Source: an uncultured archaeon
Lineage (GTDB): Archaea > Korarchaeota > Korarchaeia > Korarchaeales > Korarchaeaceae
Direction: 5' to 3'
Length of the DNA: 24,000 nt
Assembly: GCA_965552295.1 (NCBI GenBank)
Contig: CBEVRO010000005.1
Coordinates: forward strand, 1-24,000
Shown: positions 15,968 through 22,725 of the stretch, piece after piece
Layout of the letters: each line of letters starts with the position of its first letter
Position numbering within the stretch: the stretch's first letter is position 1
Notes under the pieces: generated by a model
The model's database searches: none
What the model saw: the letters and a program-made list of their open reading frames with translations, nothing else
What the model was told of the DNA's origin: nothing
Translations under genes and position numbers: made by a program

Positions 15968-16798
15968 ATGGACAACGGGGCCTACATAGAGGAGTTCACG
16001 ACATGGCTTGAGGTAAAGGGCTACAGGCCAGGAACCGTGCGACAGTACCTCTACGACATTAGGAGGTTCTTGTCTTGGGTGAAGAAGAGTGCGGACGCAG
16101 TCACGAGTGAGGACGTCTGGCAGTACGTGACGTACCTACGCGCGAAGCTACGCCTCAGCGACAGAACGCTCCTCAGGAGGATAGCCTCGCTTAGGACTTT
16201 CTACCGCTTCATGGAGCAGAGGGGCTACGTGGAGCAGAACCCTGTTGAGGTTGAGAGGCCCCGCGTGAGGAGGGCTCTCCCAAGCGTCCTTACCCGGGAA
16301 GAGGTTCAGAGGCTCATCGAGTCGGCCGAAGGCGAGAGGGACAGGCTCATACTCAGAACCCTCTATGTCACCGGTATGAGGGTTGGCGAACTCTGCGAGC
16401 TGACATGGGATCGGGTAAACTTGGAAGACGGAGTCATCTTGGTCCGCAGCGGGAAGGGAGGGAAGGACAGGGTGGTTCTTATAGACGCCGACACGGCGAA
16501 GCTCTTGGCCAACTTGAGGGCTTCCACTGGAAACTCGAACGGCAGGGTGTTTCCAGTAAGCCCAAGAACCGTGCAGAGGATCGTCAGAGCTGCCGCCAAG
16601 AGGGCTGGGATCAACAAGAAGGTGACCCCCCACACGCTGAGGCACTCGCTAGCCACGCACCTCTTGGAGGCTGGGGCAGACATCAGAGCCATTCAGGAGC
16701 TGCTTGGGCATGCCAGCCTGAGCACCACGCAGATTTACACCCACGTGAGCACGAGACACCTTAAGAGAGAGTACGGGAAGCTGTTCCAGTCTTCTTGA
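15968..16798 (+). CDS. xerA: Tyrosine recombinase XerA (XerC/D-like)
   Basis: N-terminal SAM-like core-binding domain (FTTWLEVKGYRPGTVRQYLYDIRRFLSW). Catalytic signature: LYVTGMRVGEL (Arg), HTLRHSLATHLLEAGADIRAIQELLGHASLSTTQIYTHV (His-x-x-Arg, His, Tyr). The track ORF begins at 15905, but the ATG at 15968 (MDNGAYIEEF) fits family length and the TATA spacing. Confidence 0.9.
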   Translation: MDNGAYIEEFTTWLEVKGYRPGTVRQYLYDIRRFLSWVKKSADAVTSEDVWQYVTYLRAKLRLSDRTLLRRIASLRTFYRFMEQRGYVEQNPVEVERPRVRRALPSVLTREEVQRLIESAEGERDRLILRTLYVTGMRVGELCELTWDRVNLEDGVILVRSGKGGKDRVVLIDADTAKLLANLRASTGNSNGRVFPVSPRTVQRIVRAAAKRAGINKKVTPHTLRHSLATHLLEAGADIRAIQELLGHASLSTTQIYTHVSTRHLKREYGKLFQSS

Positions 16799-16820
16799 CA
16801 GGGGTGTATGTGTAAAAACC

Positions 16821-16834
16821 TTTAATTCTATAGA
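16821..16834 (+). promoter_or_regulatory. TATA-like box upstream of the FAD oxidoreductase gene
   Basis: TTTAATTCTATAGA, preceded by GTAAAAACC, lies about 25-35 nt upstream of the TTG at 16859. It contains the 8-bp palindrome TCTATAGA. Confidence 0.4.
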
Positions 16835-16858
16835 GAACAGGCCGCTCTGGGGTTCCAC

Positions 16859-18040
16859 TTGCCGGACCTGGTCATAGTGGGGGCCGGATTAGGCGGCTTG
16901 GCCGCCGCCTGGGATGCAGCAAGGTTCCTACCGGACTACAAGATCAAAGTGATAGGAGACGAGCGCCCCTACGTCAGACACAAGCTCCGAGTCGCTGTCG
17001 TGGGCAAGGACATATCGATCTCCACTAAGCACATCGAGAACCTTGGCGTTGAGTTCGTATGGGACAAGGTGGCCAAGATCAAGAGGGAGCAGAGGGAAGT
17101 CGTTCTGGAGAGCGGCCAGACTCTGAATTACGACTGCCTCATCCTGGCTACCGGATCGCAGCCTAGCAGGCCCAAGAGCATAGAGGGCATAGAGAAGGCC
17201 ATGGGGTTCAGGAGGCTGGAGGACGCCCGGCGCCTCAGGGAGGAGAAGCCTGGCAGGGTCGCCATAATAGGAGCGAGCTTCGTGGCGCTTCACGTCGCTG
17301 ACTCAGCTCTTGCAGTGGGAGCCGAGCCTGTCCTAATAGTCAGGTCGAGACTGGTCAGAAAGTCGCTGGAGCCAGAGCTGTCACAGAAGCTAGAAGAGCG
17401 ACTCAAGGAGCTGGGAGTCAAGTTCGTGCACGCCAAGCCCAAGAGCGTAAAGGACAACGCGGTTGAGGCGGATGGAGAGACTGTTGAGGCGGACCTAGTG
17501 GTCACGGCAACTGGCGTCGATCCTGACATAAAGCTCGCCAAGGAGGCCGGCCTAGAGCTCATTTGGGACTGGGCGGTGAAGGTCGACGAGCAGGGGAGGA
17601 CGTCAGATCCAAGGATCTTCGCAATAGGCGACGTCGCCAACTGCTACTGCCCGGTGACCGGTAAGCCCGACTACTTCGGCATAGGCACCGTGGCGACCCT
17701 TATGGCCTACAACGCCGTAAAGGCCATTCAGGGAAGTAAGGCCGTTGTTAAGACGCCGGCCTACATCAAAGATGCCTTTATGGGCAGGAATTTCGTGTTC
17801 AGAGCTGGCCTGGTTAGCCCTCAGGCTGAGAAAGCCGGGTTTAACGTGGAGAGGATCGACGTCAGCGGCACGGAATACGGCGACCACGCCTACCTCGTGT
17901 ACGAGAAGGAGACCCGCCGACTCATTGGGTTCAGCTCTGTCTCCAGCAGAGACATAGGCAGCAAGGCGATCGAGCTCGAGAAGGCCATCAGGCTCAAGCG
18001 CAAGGTGGACGACGTCCTGCCCCCTGACGTTGGGAGGTGA
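16859..18040 (+). CDS. FAD/NAD(P)-dependent pyridine nucleotide-disulfide oxidoreductase family protein, ferredoxin/rubredoxin-reductase-like
   Basis: FAD fold LVIVGAGLGGLAAA, ILATGSQP, NAD fold VAIIGASFVALHVA, and FAIGDVA. The N-terminal segment DERPYVRHKL resembles the E..PY.R..LSK motif of ferredoxin reductases. It lacks the redox-active Cys of NADH oxidase / CoA-disulfide reductase. TTG start. Confidence 0.75.
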   Translation: MPDLVIVGAGLGGLAAAWDAARFLPDYKIKVIGDERPYVRHKLRVAVVGKDISISTKHIENLGVEFVWDKVAKIKREQREVVLESGQTLNYDCLILATGSQPSRPKSIEGIEKAMGFRRLEDARRLREEKPGRVAIIGASFVALHVADSALAVGAEPVLIVRSRLVRKSLEPELSQKLEERLKELGVKFVHAKPKSVKDNAVEADGETVEADLVVTATGVDPDIKLAKEAGLELIWDWAVKVDEQGRTSDPRIFAIGDVANCYCPVTGKPDYFGIGTVATLMAYNAVKAIQGSKAVVKTPAYIKDAFMGRNFVFRAGLVSPQAEKAGFNVERIDVSGTEYGDHAYLVYEKETRRLIGFSSVSSRDIGSKAIELEKAIRLKRKVDDVLPPDVGR

Positions 18041-18045
18041 GCCTC

Positions 18046-18282
18046 ATGCCTCAGGCTAGAGAGATGGTTCACGAGGTCAAGGTCACCGTTGACGAGAGCA
18101 AGTGCATAGGGTGCGGGCTCTGCGAGCAGATCTGCCCCGTAAGGAATTTTGAAGTTGTCAACGCGGAGTCTGGGAAGAAATCTAGGGTCACCGAGGGGGC
18201 AAGCGAGCGCTGCTTCTGCTGCAAGGCCTGCGAGGTGATCTGCCCAACCCAGGCCGTTGTGATATACGAGGGGCTGGTTTAG
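18046..18282 (+). CDS. 2x[4Fe-4S] ferredoxin
   Basis: Two cluster motifs, CIGCGLCEQICP and CFCCKACEVICP. The ATG at 18046 is preceded by a perfect Shine-Dalgarno GGAGGTGA (18033-18040, overlapping the upstream TGA) at 5-nt spacing. The track start at GTG 18037 is less likely. Confidence 0.85.
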   Translation: MPQAREMVHEVKVTVDESKCIGCGLCEQICPVRNFEVVNAESGKKSRVTEGASERCFCCKACEVICPTQAVVIYEGLV

Positions 18283-18295
18283 GCTACAGCCCCTC
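18268..18295. terminator. Perfect 9-bp inverted repeat enclosing both convergent stop codons (candidate bidirectional terminator)
   Basis: GAGGGGCTG (18268-18276) and CAGCCCCTC (18287-18295) are exact reverse complements. The 10-nt loop GTTTAGGCTA holds TAG (18280-18282, plus strand) and CTA (18284-18286, which is the minus-strand TAG). Confidence 0.45.
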
Positions 18296-19255
18296 AGGCC
18301 TATCTTTCTTTACGCCTCCCCTCACCCACTCGTCTCCAGCGGCGGCCCAGAAGAGGCCATAGCCGGTTTGGGCGACTCCGACCCTGCCTGACGAGTCCAG
18401 CGCGATGAAGCCAAAGGCGTATCCGGTGGCCCTCAGCATATCAATCAGAACCTTCTCAGCCGCGTCCTGTGGAGCTAAACCCTCCTCGATGCCTTGCACC
18501 ACTCTGTAGGCTCCCAAGACGAGCATGGCAGCCTCCCCAATGCCCGTTCCCGAACACGCTCCGCGCCTGCTGGCGTAAGTGCCAGCGCCTATTATGGCAG
18601 AGTCTCCGACCCTCCCCGGGAGCTTCAGTGTCAGGCCGCCTGTCGAGGTTGCAGCGGCCAGTCCCCCCTCCGCATCTAGCGCGACGGCACCGACCGTGTC
18701 AGCCACTCTGTAAAGTGGGAGAAGTTCTCTTATGGCCCTAAACCTCCGCTCCGTCTTACCTGACTTGACAGCCTCCAAGAGCCTCTTCCTGTACTCTATC
18801 CTCCGCTCGTGAACGAGATCGTCGTCCCCACCTATTCCTAAGAGCCGAGCAAACTCTCTGGCCCCCTCTCCAACTAGGAGTACGTGAGGCGTGCGCTCCA
18901 TGACCGCCCTCGCTAAGGTCACCGCGTGCAGGACGCCCTTGACTCCGCCGACGGCCCCAGCCCTCAGGGTTCTGCCGTCCATTATGGACGCGTCTACCTC
19001 AACCTCGCCCCTCAGGTTGAGGGCTGAGCCGTAGCCAGCGTTGAAGAGGGGGTCTTCCTCCATTAGCCTCACTGCCAGCTCTACAGCGTCTACCGCGCTT
19101 CCTCCAACCTCCAATTGGCGATATGCAGCCTGTGCTATCTGCTTTAGTCTCTCAACTGCCCTATTGTCGGCCTCGGGGTTCTCGCTGTCCGGGGGAGAAA
19201 CCCTGACTCCACCATGCACCACGACGGCGGGCATCGCGATCGCCGAATTGCTCAA
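18284..19255 (-). CDS. Isoaspartyl peptidase / plant-type L-asparaginase (Ntn hydrolase)
   Basis: VVHGG near the N-terminus and NAGYGS. The autoprocessing and nucleophile context is VADTVGAVALD, followed by TSTGGLTLKLPGRVGDSAIIGAGTYA. The TTG at 19255 overlaps the gltX stop (TTGA). An alternative ATG lies at 19234 (MPAVVVHGG). Confidence 0.85.
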   Translation of the reverse strand: MSNSAIAMPAVVVHGGVRVSPPDSENPEADNRAVERLKQIAQAAYRQLEVGGSAVDAVELAVRLMEEDPLFNAGYGSALNLRGEVEVDASIMDGRTLRAGAVGGVKGVLHAVTLARAVMERTPHVLLVGEGAREFARLLGIGGDDDLVHERRIEYRKRLLEAVKSGKTERRFRAIRELLPLYRVADTVGAVALDAEGGLAAATSTGGLTLKLPGRVGDSAIIGAGTYASRRGACSGTGIGEAAMLVLGAYRVVQGIEEGLAPQDAAEKVLIDMLRATGYAFGFIALDSSGRVGVAQTGYGLFWAAAGDEWVRGGVKKDRPEGL

Positions 19256-21000
19256 GAGTGAGAGCGTATGAACCTGACGGTCTCGCCGTCACGTCCGTCT
19301 ACTCTGGCGAACCCGAACCTCACCAGCTGGACCAGATCTCCCTCCCTAAGTTCGGCCATAGCCGGTTCGCCAAACCCTCCTATGTACTCGTAGCTGTACA
19401 CGCTGATCGGGCAGATCGCCACAGCTGGGACTGCCCCTTCGACGGGAGCCCAGTGGATTATCTTGACATCCGTGCGGACCTCGGGGAGGTACGTGAGCGA
19501 GAGCCCGTCAGGCATGACGCTCCTGACCCTCACGTTGGCAAGGCCCCTTAGCCTGAACTCCTCCCCCGGCTTCAAACTCTGATGATCGCTCCAGGACACG
19601 AAAACCTCGGCCTTGCCGTCCTTTGCCCGCACCCTGATCTCTCTAACCCCCATCTCAGGCTTGTCGGGGTGAACCTGCACTCTCGCAACGAGGTCTCCAG
19701 GCACACCCTCGATCTCTGCCTTCACGGGATTTGCCACGAACATGTACCTAGGCACTCTCGGGTCCAGCCACTTCCTGTTGTAGGCCGCCAGAGCGTCCAT
19801 AGTCACTGTGGCGTCGACCTTGCTGGGTCCCATATCATACATCAGCATGACGAGCGCTTCTGGCGTGATTCCCCTCCTCATGAGCCCCCTGAGTGTGGGA
19901 ATTCGGGGGTCGTCCCACCCCCACAGTATTCCGGCCCCTATCAGAGGCCTGATGTGCCTCTTAGAGAGGGGAACTCCCTCCACCGTTATCCTCCCGAACT
20001 GTATCATCTCGAACTGCCTGAGACCCAGCTTCTCTAGGATGGTTCTCTGAACGTCAACGTGAGGCTCAAACTCCTTGCTCCTAAACGCGTGCGTCACGCC
20101 GGTCAAGGAGTCCATCACGCTCACTGCGAAGTCGTACGTAGGATAGACCCTGTATTTATCCCCCTGAATTGGGTGTGGGGCCTCCACTATCCTGAAGATG
20201 CCGGGGTCTCGCATCGTTAGGTTGGGATGCCGCATGTCGGTCTTCAGACGGAGGTGGGCCTCTCCCTCACCGAACCTGCCCTCGAGCATCCCCCTCCACA
20301 ACTCCAGATTCTCATCGACAGACTGGCCTCTGTGTTGGCACGCTATTCCTTGCGTCCTGTTCAGCCTGACCTCCTTGGCTGGGCACATGCAGACGTAAGC
20401 GTCTCCCTGTCTGATCAGCTTCTCTGCGTACTCGTAGAGCTCTGGCAGGTGGTCAGACTCTATGATCTCTTTGTCCCAGATCCCCGGCGACAGATTGAGG
20501 ACTCTCTCAGCCGCCTCGGTAACGAGCTTGAACTCCTCCCTGATCGCATCGTAGTACTCGAGCTTCTCTACCCTCGGGTTCGTGTCCTCAAACCTCAGGT
20601 GGAACTCCCCCCTGTACAGGCGAGCGTATACGAACGGGACAAGGAGCCCCTTAACGTGACCTAGCGTGGGGTAGCCGTTTGGCTCAGGCGCCACCCTGGT
20701 CACTATCCGCTCGTACTTCTCAGCGTTAGGCAGCGGCGGCCACTTCCTCTCCTCCTTCTCTCGCTTCTCCTCCAGCTGAACGCCGAGTTCCTCCGCTAGC
20801 CTCCTCAGTTCCTCCTCCGTCCGCTCGTTGACCTCAGCTACTACCTGCTGAACTATCTCCCGAACTTCCGCTATCCTCTGCTTGAGGTCCGGCCTGTCAG
20901 CCAGCACCTTGCCAATCACTGGGCCTGGCCGAGCTTGGCCGTACTTCAGAGCGTTCTTTATCGCGTGAATCAGCGCCAGCCTCTTGACCTCATCTTCCAT
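19252..21000 (-). CDS. gltX: Glutamyl-tRNA synthetase, archaeal type
   Basis: Class I HIGH-like APEPNGYPTLGHVKG and KMSKS-like VPLSKRH. The roughly 95-aa N-terminal helical extension (LALIHAIKNALKYGQARPGPVIGKVL) is typical of archaeal GluRS. Core motifs FEDTNP and PTYDFA are present. Confidence 0.92.
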   Translation of the reverse strand: MEDEVKRLALIHAIKNALKYGQARPGPVIGKVLADRPDLKQRIAEVREIVQQVVAEVNERTEEELRRLAEELGVQLEEKREKEERKWPPLPNAEKYERIVTRVAPEPNGYPTLGHVKGLLVPFVYARLYRGEFHLRFEDTNPRVEKLEYYDAIREEFKLVTEAAERVLNLSPGIWDKEIIESDHLPELYEYAEKLIRQGDAYVCMCPAKEVRLNRTQGIACQHRGQSVDENLELWRGMLEGRFGEGEAHLRLKTDMRHPNLTMRDPGIFRIVEAPHPIQGDKYRVYPTYDFAVSVMDSLTGVTHAFRSKEFEPHVDVQRTILEKLGLRQFEMIQFGRITVEGVPLSKRHIRPLIGAGILWGWDDPRIPTLRGLMRRGITPEALVMLMYDMGPSKVDATVTMDALAAYNRKWLDPRVPRYMFVANPVKAEIEGVPGDLVARVQVHPDKPEMGVREIRVRAKDGKAEVFVSWSDHQSLKPGEEFRLRGLANVRVRSVMPDGLSLTYLPEVRTDVKIIHWAPVEGAVPAVAICPISVYSYEYIGGFGEPAMAELREGDLVQLVRFGFARVDGRDGETVRFIRSHS

Positions 21001-21012
21001 CGTCGGAGACCC

Positions 21013-22536
21013 CTAGGGGGAGAAGGCTACCACTGAATCATAAAGTCCGACTTTGACAACCCGACAGGCTTGGAGCTTTGTCAGATCGACTGTCCCAGGG
21101 CCCCCGAGCAGACCCTCGCAGATTGGCACCGATATGGGTCCTTGCTTCGCTAGGAAAAGCCTTTCACCGTCGAAGTGAAGGAAGAGCCCCACCGAGCCTG
21201 TCAAATCAAGGTCATCCCCAACCTGAGCTGGGTCCGTCAGGTTGAGCGCGCCGTTGGCTGGCAGATTGAGGGTCACCGATACTCTTAGTTCCACCCAGCC
21301 GTGGGTTAGGTCGTAGTTGAGCACCTCTATTCTCAGCCTCGTCGGGTCTGAATCTGTGCCCAAGTACAGCTGAGCGTCAAACCAGTTGGTTGTGGTCAGG
21401 TTGATGATCGTCCAGTTGAAGGCTAGCTCGCTTGGCATCTTGTAGAACACGAACTCTGCGAGCCCATCCAGTCGAACGGTGTTCAGTTTGATGGCCGCCC
21501 CGCTGCCGGTCCAGGGGATGGTGACGATGTCCCCTACGTATATCCTATCGCTGTCCGCCACCAATGACACCAGCATGGGTCCAGGGTTGACAGCCAGCCA
21601 AGAGCGGTTCCAGTGGAGGAGGTCGTCTGGGATTAACTCTAGAGAGGCCTCGTAGGCTCCCGCGGTTGAGTAGACCCCGAGGTAGATCTCCACAGCCTTG
21701 CCTGTGCTATTCCCGATGTAGATCGCATTGTACGTAGAATCTATGGGGTAGAAGTCCTCCGGAACGTTGCAAGGTACGAGCCAACCTTGGTAGCTCGAGT
21801 TTATCATCCAGACTCGCTCGCCTGAGACCCCGACCAGGGAGGAATAACACTCCGAGTGAGCGTTCAAGAAAAGAGCGCTCATGGGTGGTGAGACCCAGGC
21901 TGCAGGTCGGGACGGCGCCAGGAATTCATCCCTGACCCTCACCTGTCCGTCGTCGTACGTCACGAAGAGAACCGCACCTACTCTGGGATCTTGGCAGGGA
22001 TAGCTCAGGAGGCCCTTGGCCGCTCCGAGAGTGCCGTACCTGTCTACTCCAGCAACCCACAGGAGAGGGACTTGGGGGTTCCAGGGGTTTGTCAGGGCCT
22101 GCGCGAAGCCAAAGTGATACATGCCTCCAAAGTGGCGGTTATCCGGCGTCTTAACGGTCCAGAGCTTTCCCACCTTAACGAACCTCAGCGGCGCCCTCTC
22201 GTTTGGCAGCTCTGCGTACTTGTTTGCCACGGGCCCTCCGATCAGGATGACCGCGCGATTCCTCAGGTCCTCAGGCTGCACCTCTGACGCGTTGAGGATC
22301 TCGGCCCGGCCTCCGAGCCTGAAGCGTATGAAATCGGCTATCTCGCTCGCTGCATCCCAATCCTCCTGAGCGGCTGAGTCGCCCACGACTATTACCGCGT
22401 CGGGTATGCCTTGAACGCTCAAAGCGGATGAGAGTGGGCAGAGGCCCAAGAGTTCGAGGGGCTGAGTGTGAACTGAAGTTAGCGCAGGGTAGCAAGCTAT
22501 TGTTACGATGAGCGCGAAGAGGGTAAACCTCCGCAT
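21013..22536 (-). CDS. Secreted protein with S-layer-like N-terminal domain, function unknown
   Basis: Signal peptide MRRFTLFALIVTIACYPALTS. The N-terminal pattern DAVIVVGDSAAQEDWDAASEIADFI...AVILIGGPVANKYA resembles the conserved front domain of archaeal S-layer-type proteins. Seven N-x-S/T sequons occur (NAS, NSS, NST, NRS, NWT, NLT, NLT). There is no C-terminal TM segment. Confidence 0.65.
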   Translation of the reverse strand: MRRFTLFALIVTIACYPALTSVHTQPLELLGLCPLSSALSVQGIPDAVIVVGDSAAQEDWDAASEIADFIRFRLGGRAEILNASEVQPEDLRNRAVILIGGPVANKYAELPNERAPLRFVKVGKLWTVKTPDNRHFGGMYHFGFAQALTNPWNPQVPLLWVAGVDRYGTLGAAKGLLSYPCQDPRVGAVLFVTYDDGQVRVRDEFLAPSRPAAWVSPPMSALFLNAHSECYSSLVGVSGERVWMINSSYQGWLVPCNVPEDFYPIDSTYNAIYIGNSTGKAVEIYLGVYSTAGAYEASLELIPDDLLHWNRSWLAVNPGPMLVSLVADSDRIYVGDIVTIPWTGSGAAIKLNTVRLDGLAEFVFYKMPSELAFNWTIINLTTTNWFDAQLYLGTDSDPTRLRIEVLNYDLTHGWVELRVSVTLNLPANGALNLTDPAQVGDDLDLTGSVGLFLHFDGERLFLAKQGPISVPICEGLLGGPGTVDLTKLQACRVVKVGLYDSVVAFSP

Positions 22537-22562
22537 CGACAGGCTCTCAAGCCAATAGTCTG

Positions 22563-22569
22563 CTATAAG
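22563..22569 (-). promoter_or_regulatory. TATA-like box for the 507-aa secreted-protein gene
   Basis: The minus strand reads CTTATAG, about 30 nt upstream of the ATG at 22536. Confidence 0.4.
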
Positions 22570-22681
22570 CTTGAAACGCCAGATGGCGAACTCATGAAGG
22601 GGTCCGTTACCCCAGGTGCGATCACACGTTACTCACTCTGGGATGGCTTCTTCATCCCCCAGGCTCTTGGGGGTAGTGTCG

Positions 22682-22690
22682 GTATAAAAG
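22682..22690 (+). promoter_or_regulatory. TATA box for hisD
   Basis: GTATAAAAG lies about 40 nt upstream of the ATG at 22726. Confidence 0.45.
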
Positions 22691-22725
22691 TGAGGCGTGA
22701 AGACTTCTATTCGTCGGTGGCTCTC

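Noticed and set aside
15968-16798. Tyrosine recombinase as a marker of an integrated virus, plasmid or mobile element.
   Set aside because: The sequence is XerC/D-like (chromosome dimer resolution type). It is not SSV-type, and no split int gene, flanking direct repeats, tRNA target or viral/plasmid genes are nearby. Composition looks uniform.
19579-19647. CTGATGA ... CTGA spacing reminiscent of a C/D box sRNA.
   Set aside because: No internal C'/D' boxes or terminal pairing are present. It lies inside gltX, so it is likely a chance match. Other TGATGA occurrences (1500, 11309, 12795, 23110) are likewise inside coding sequence without partner boxes.
22594-22725. Possible N-terminally extended hisD starting at ATG 22594, since the frame is open upstream.
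   Set aside because: The extension would run across the TATA box at 22682-22690. It adds 44 residues with no counterpart in HisD. The ATG at 22726 gives the family-typical distance to the conserved RGD motif.
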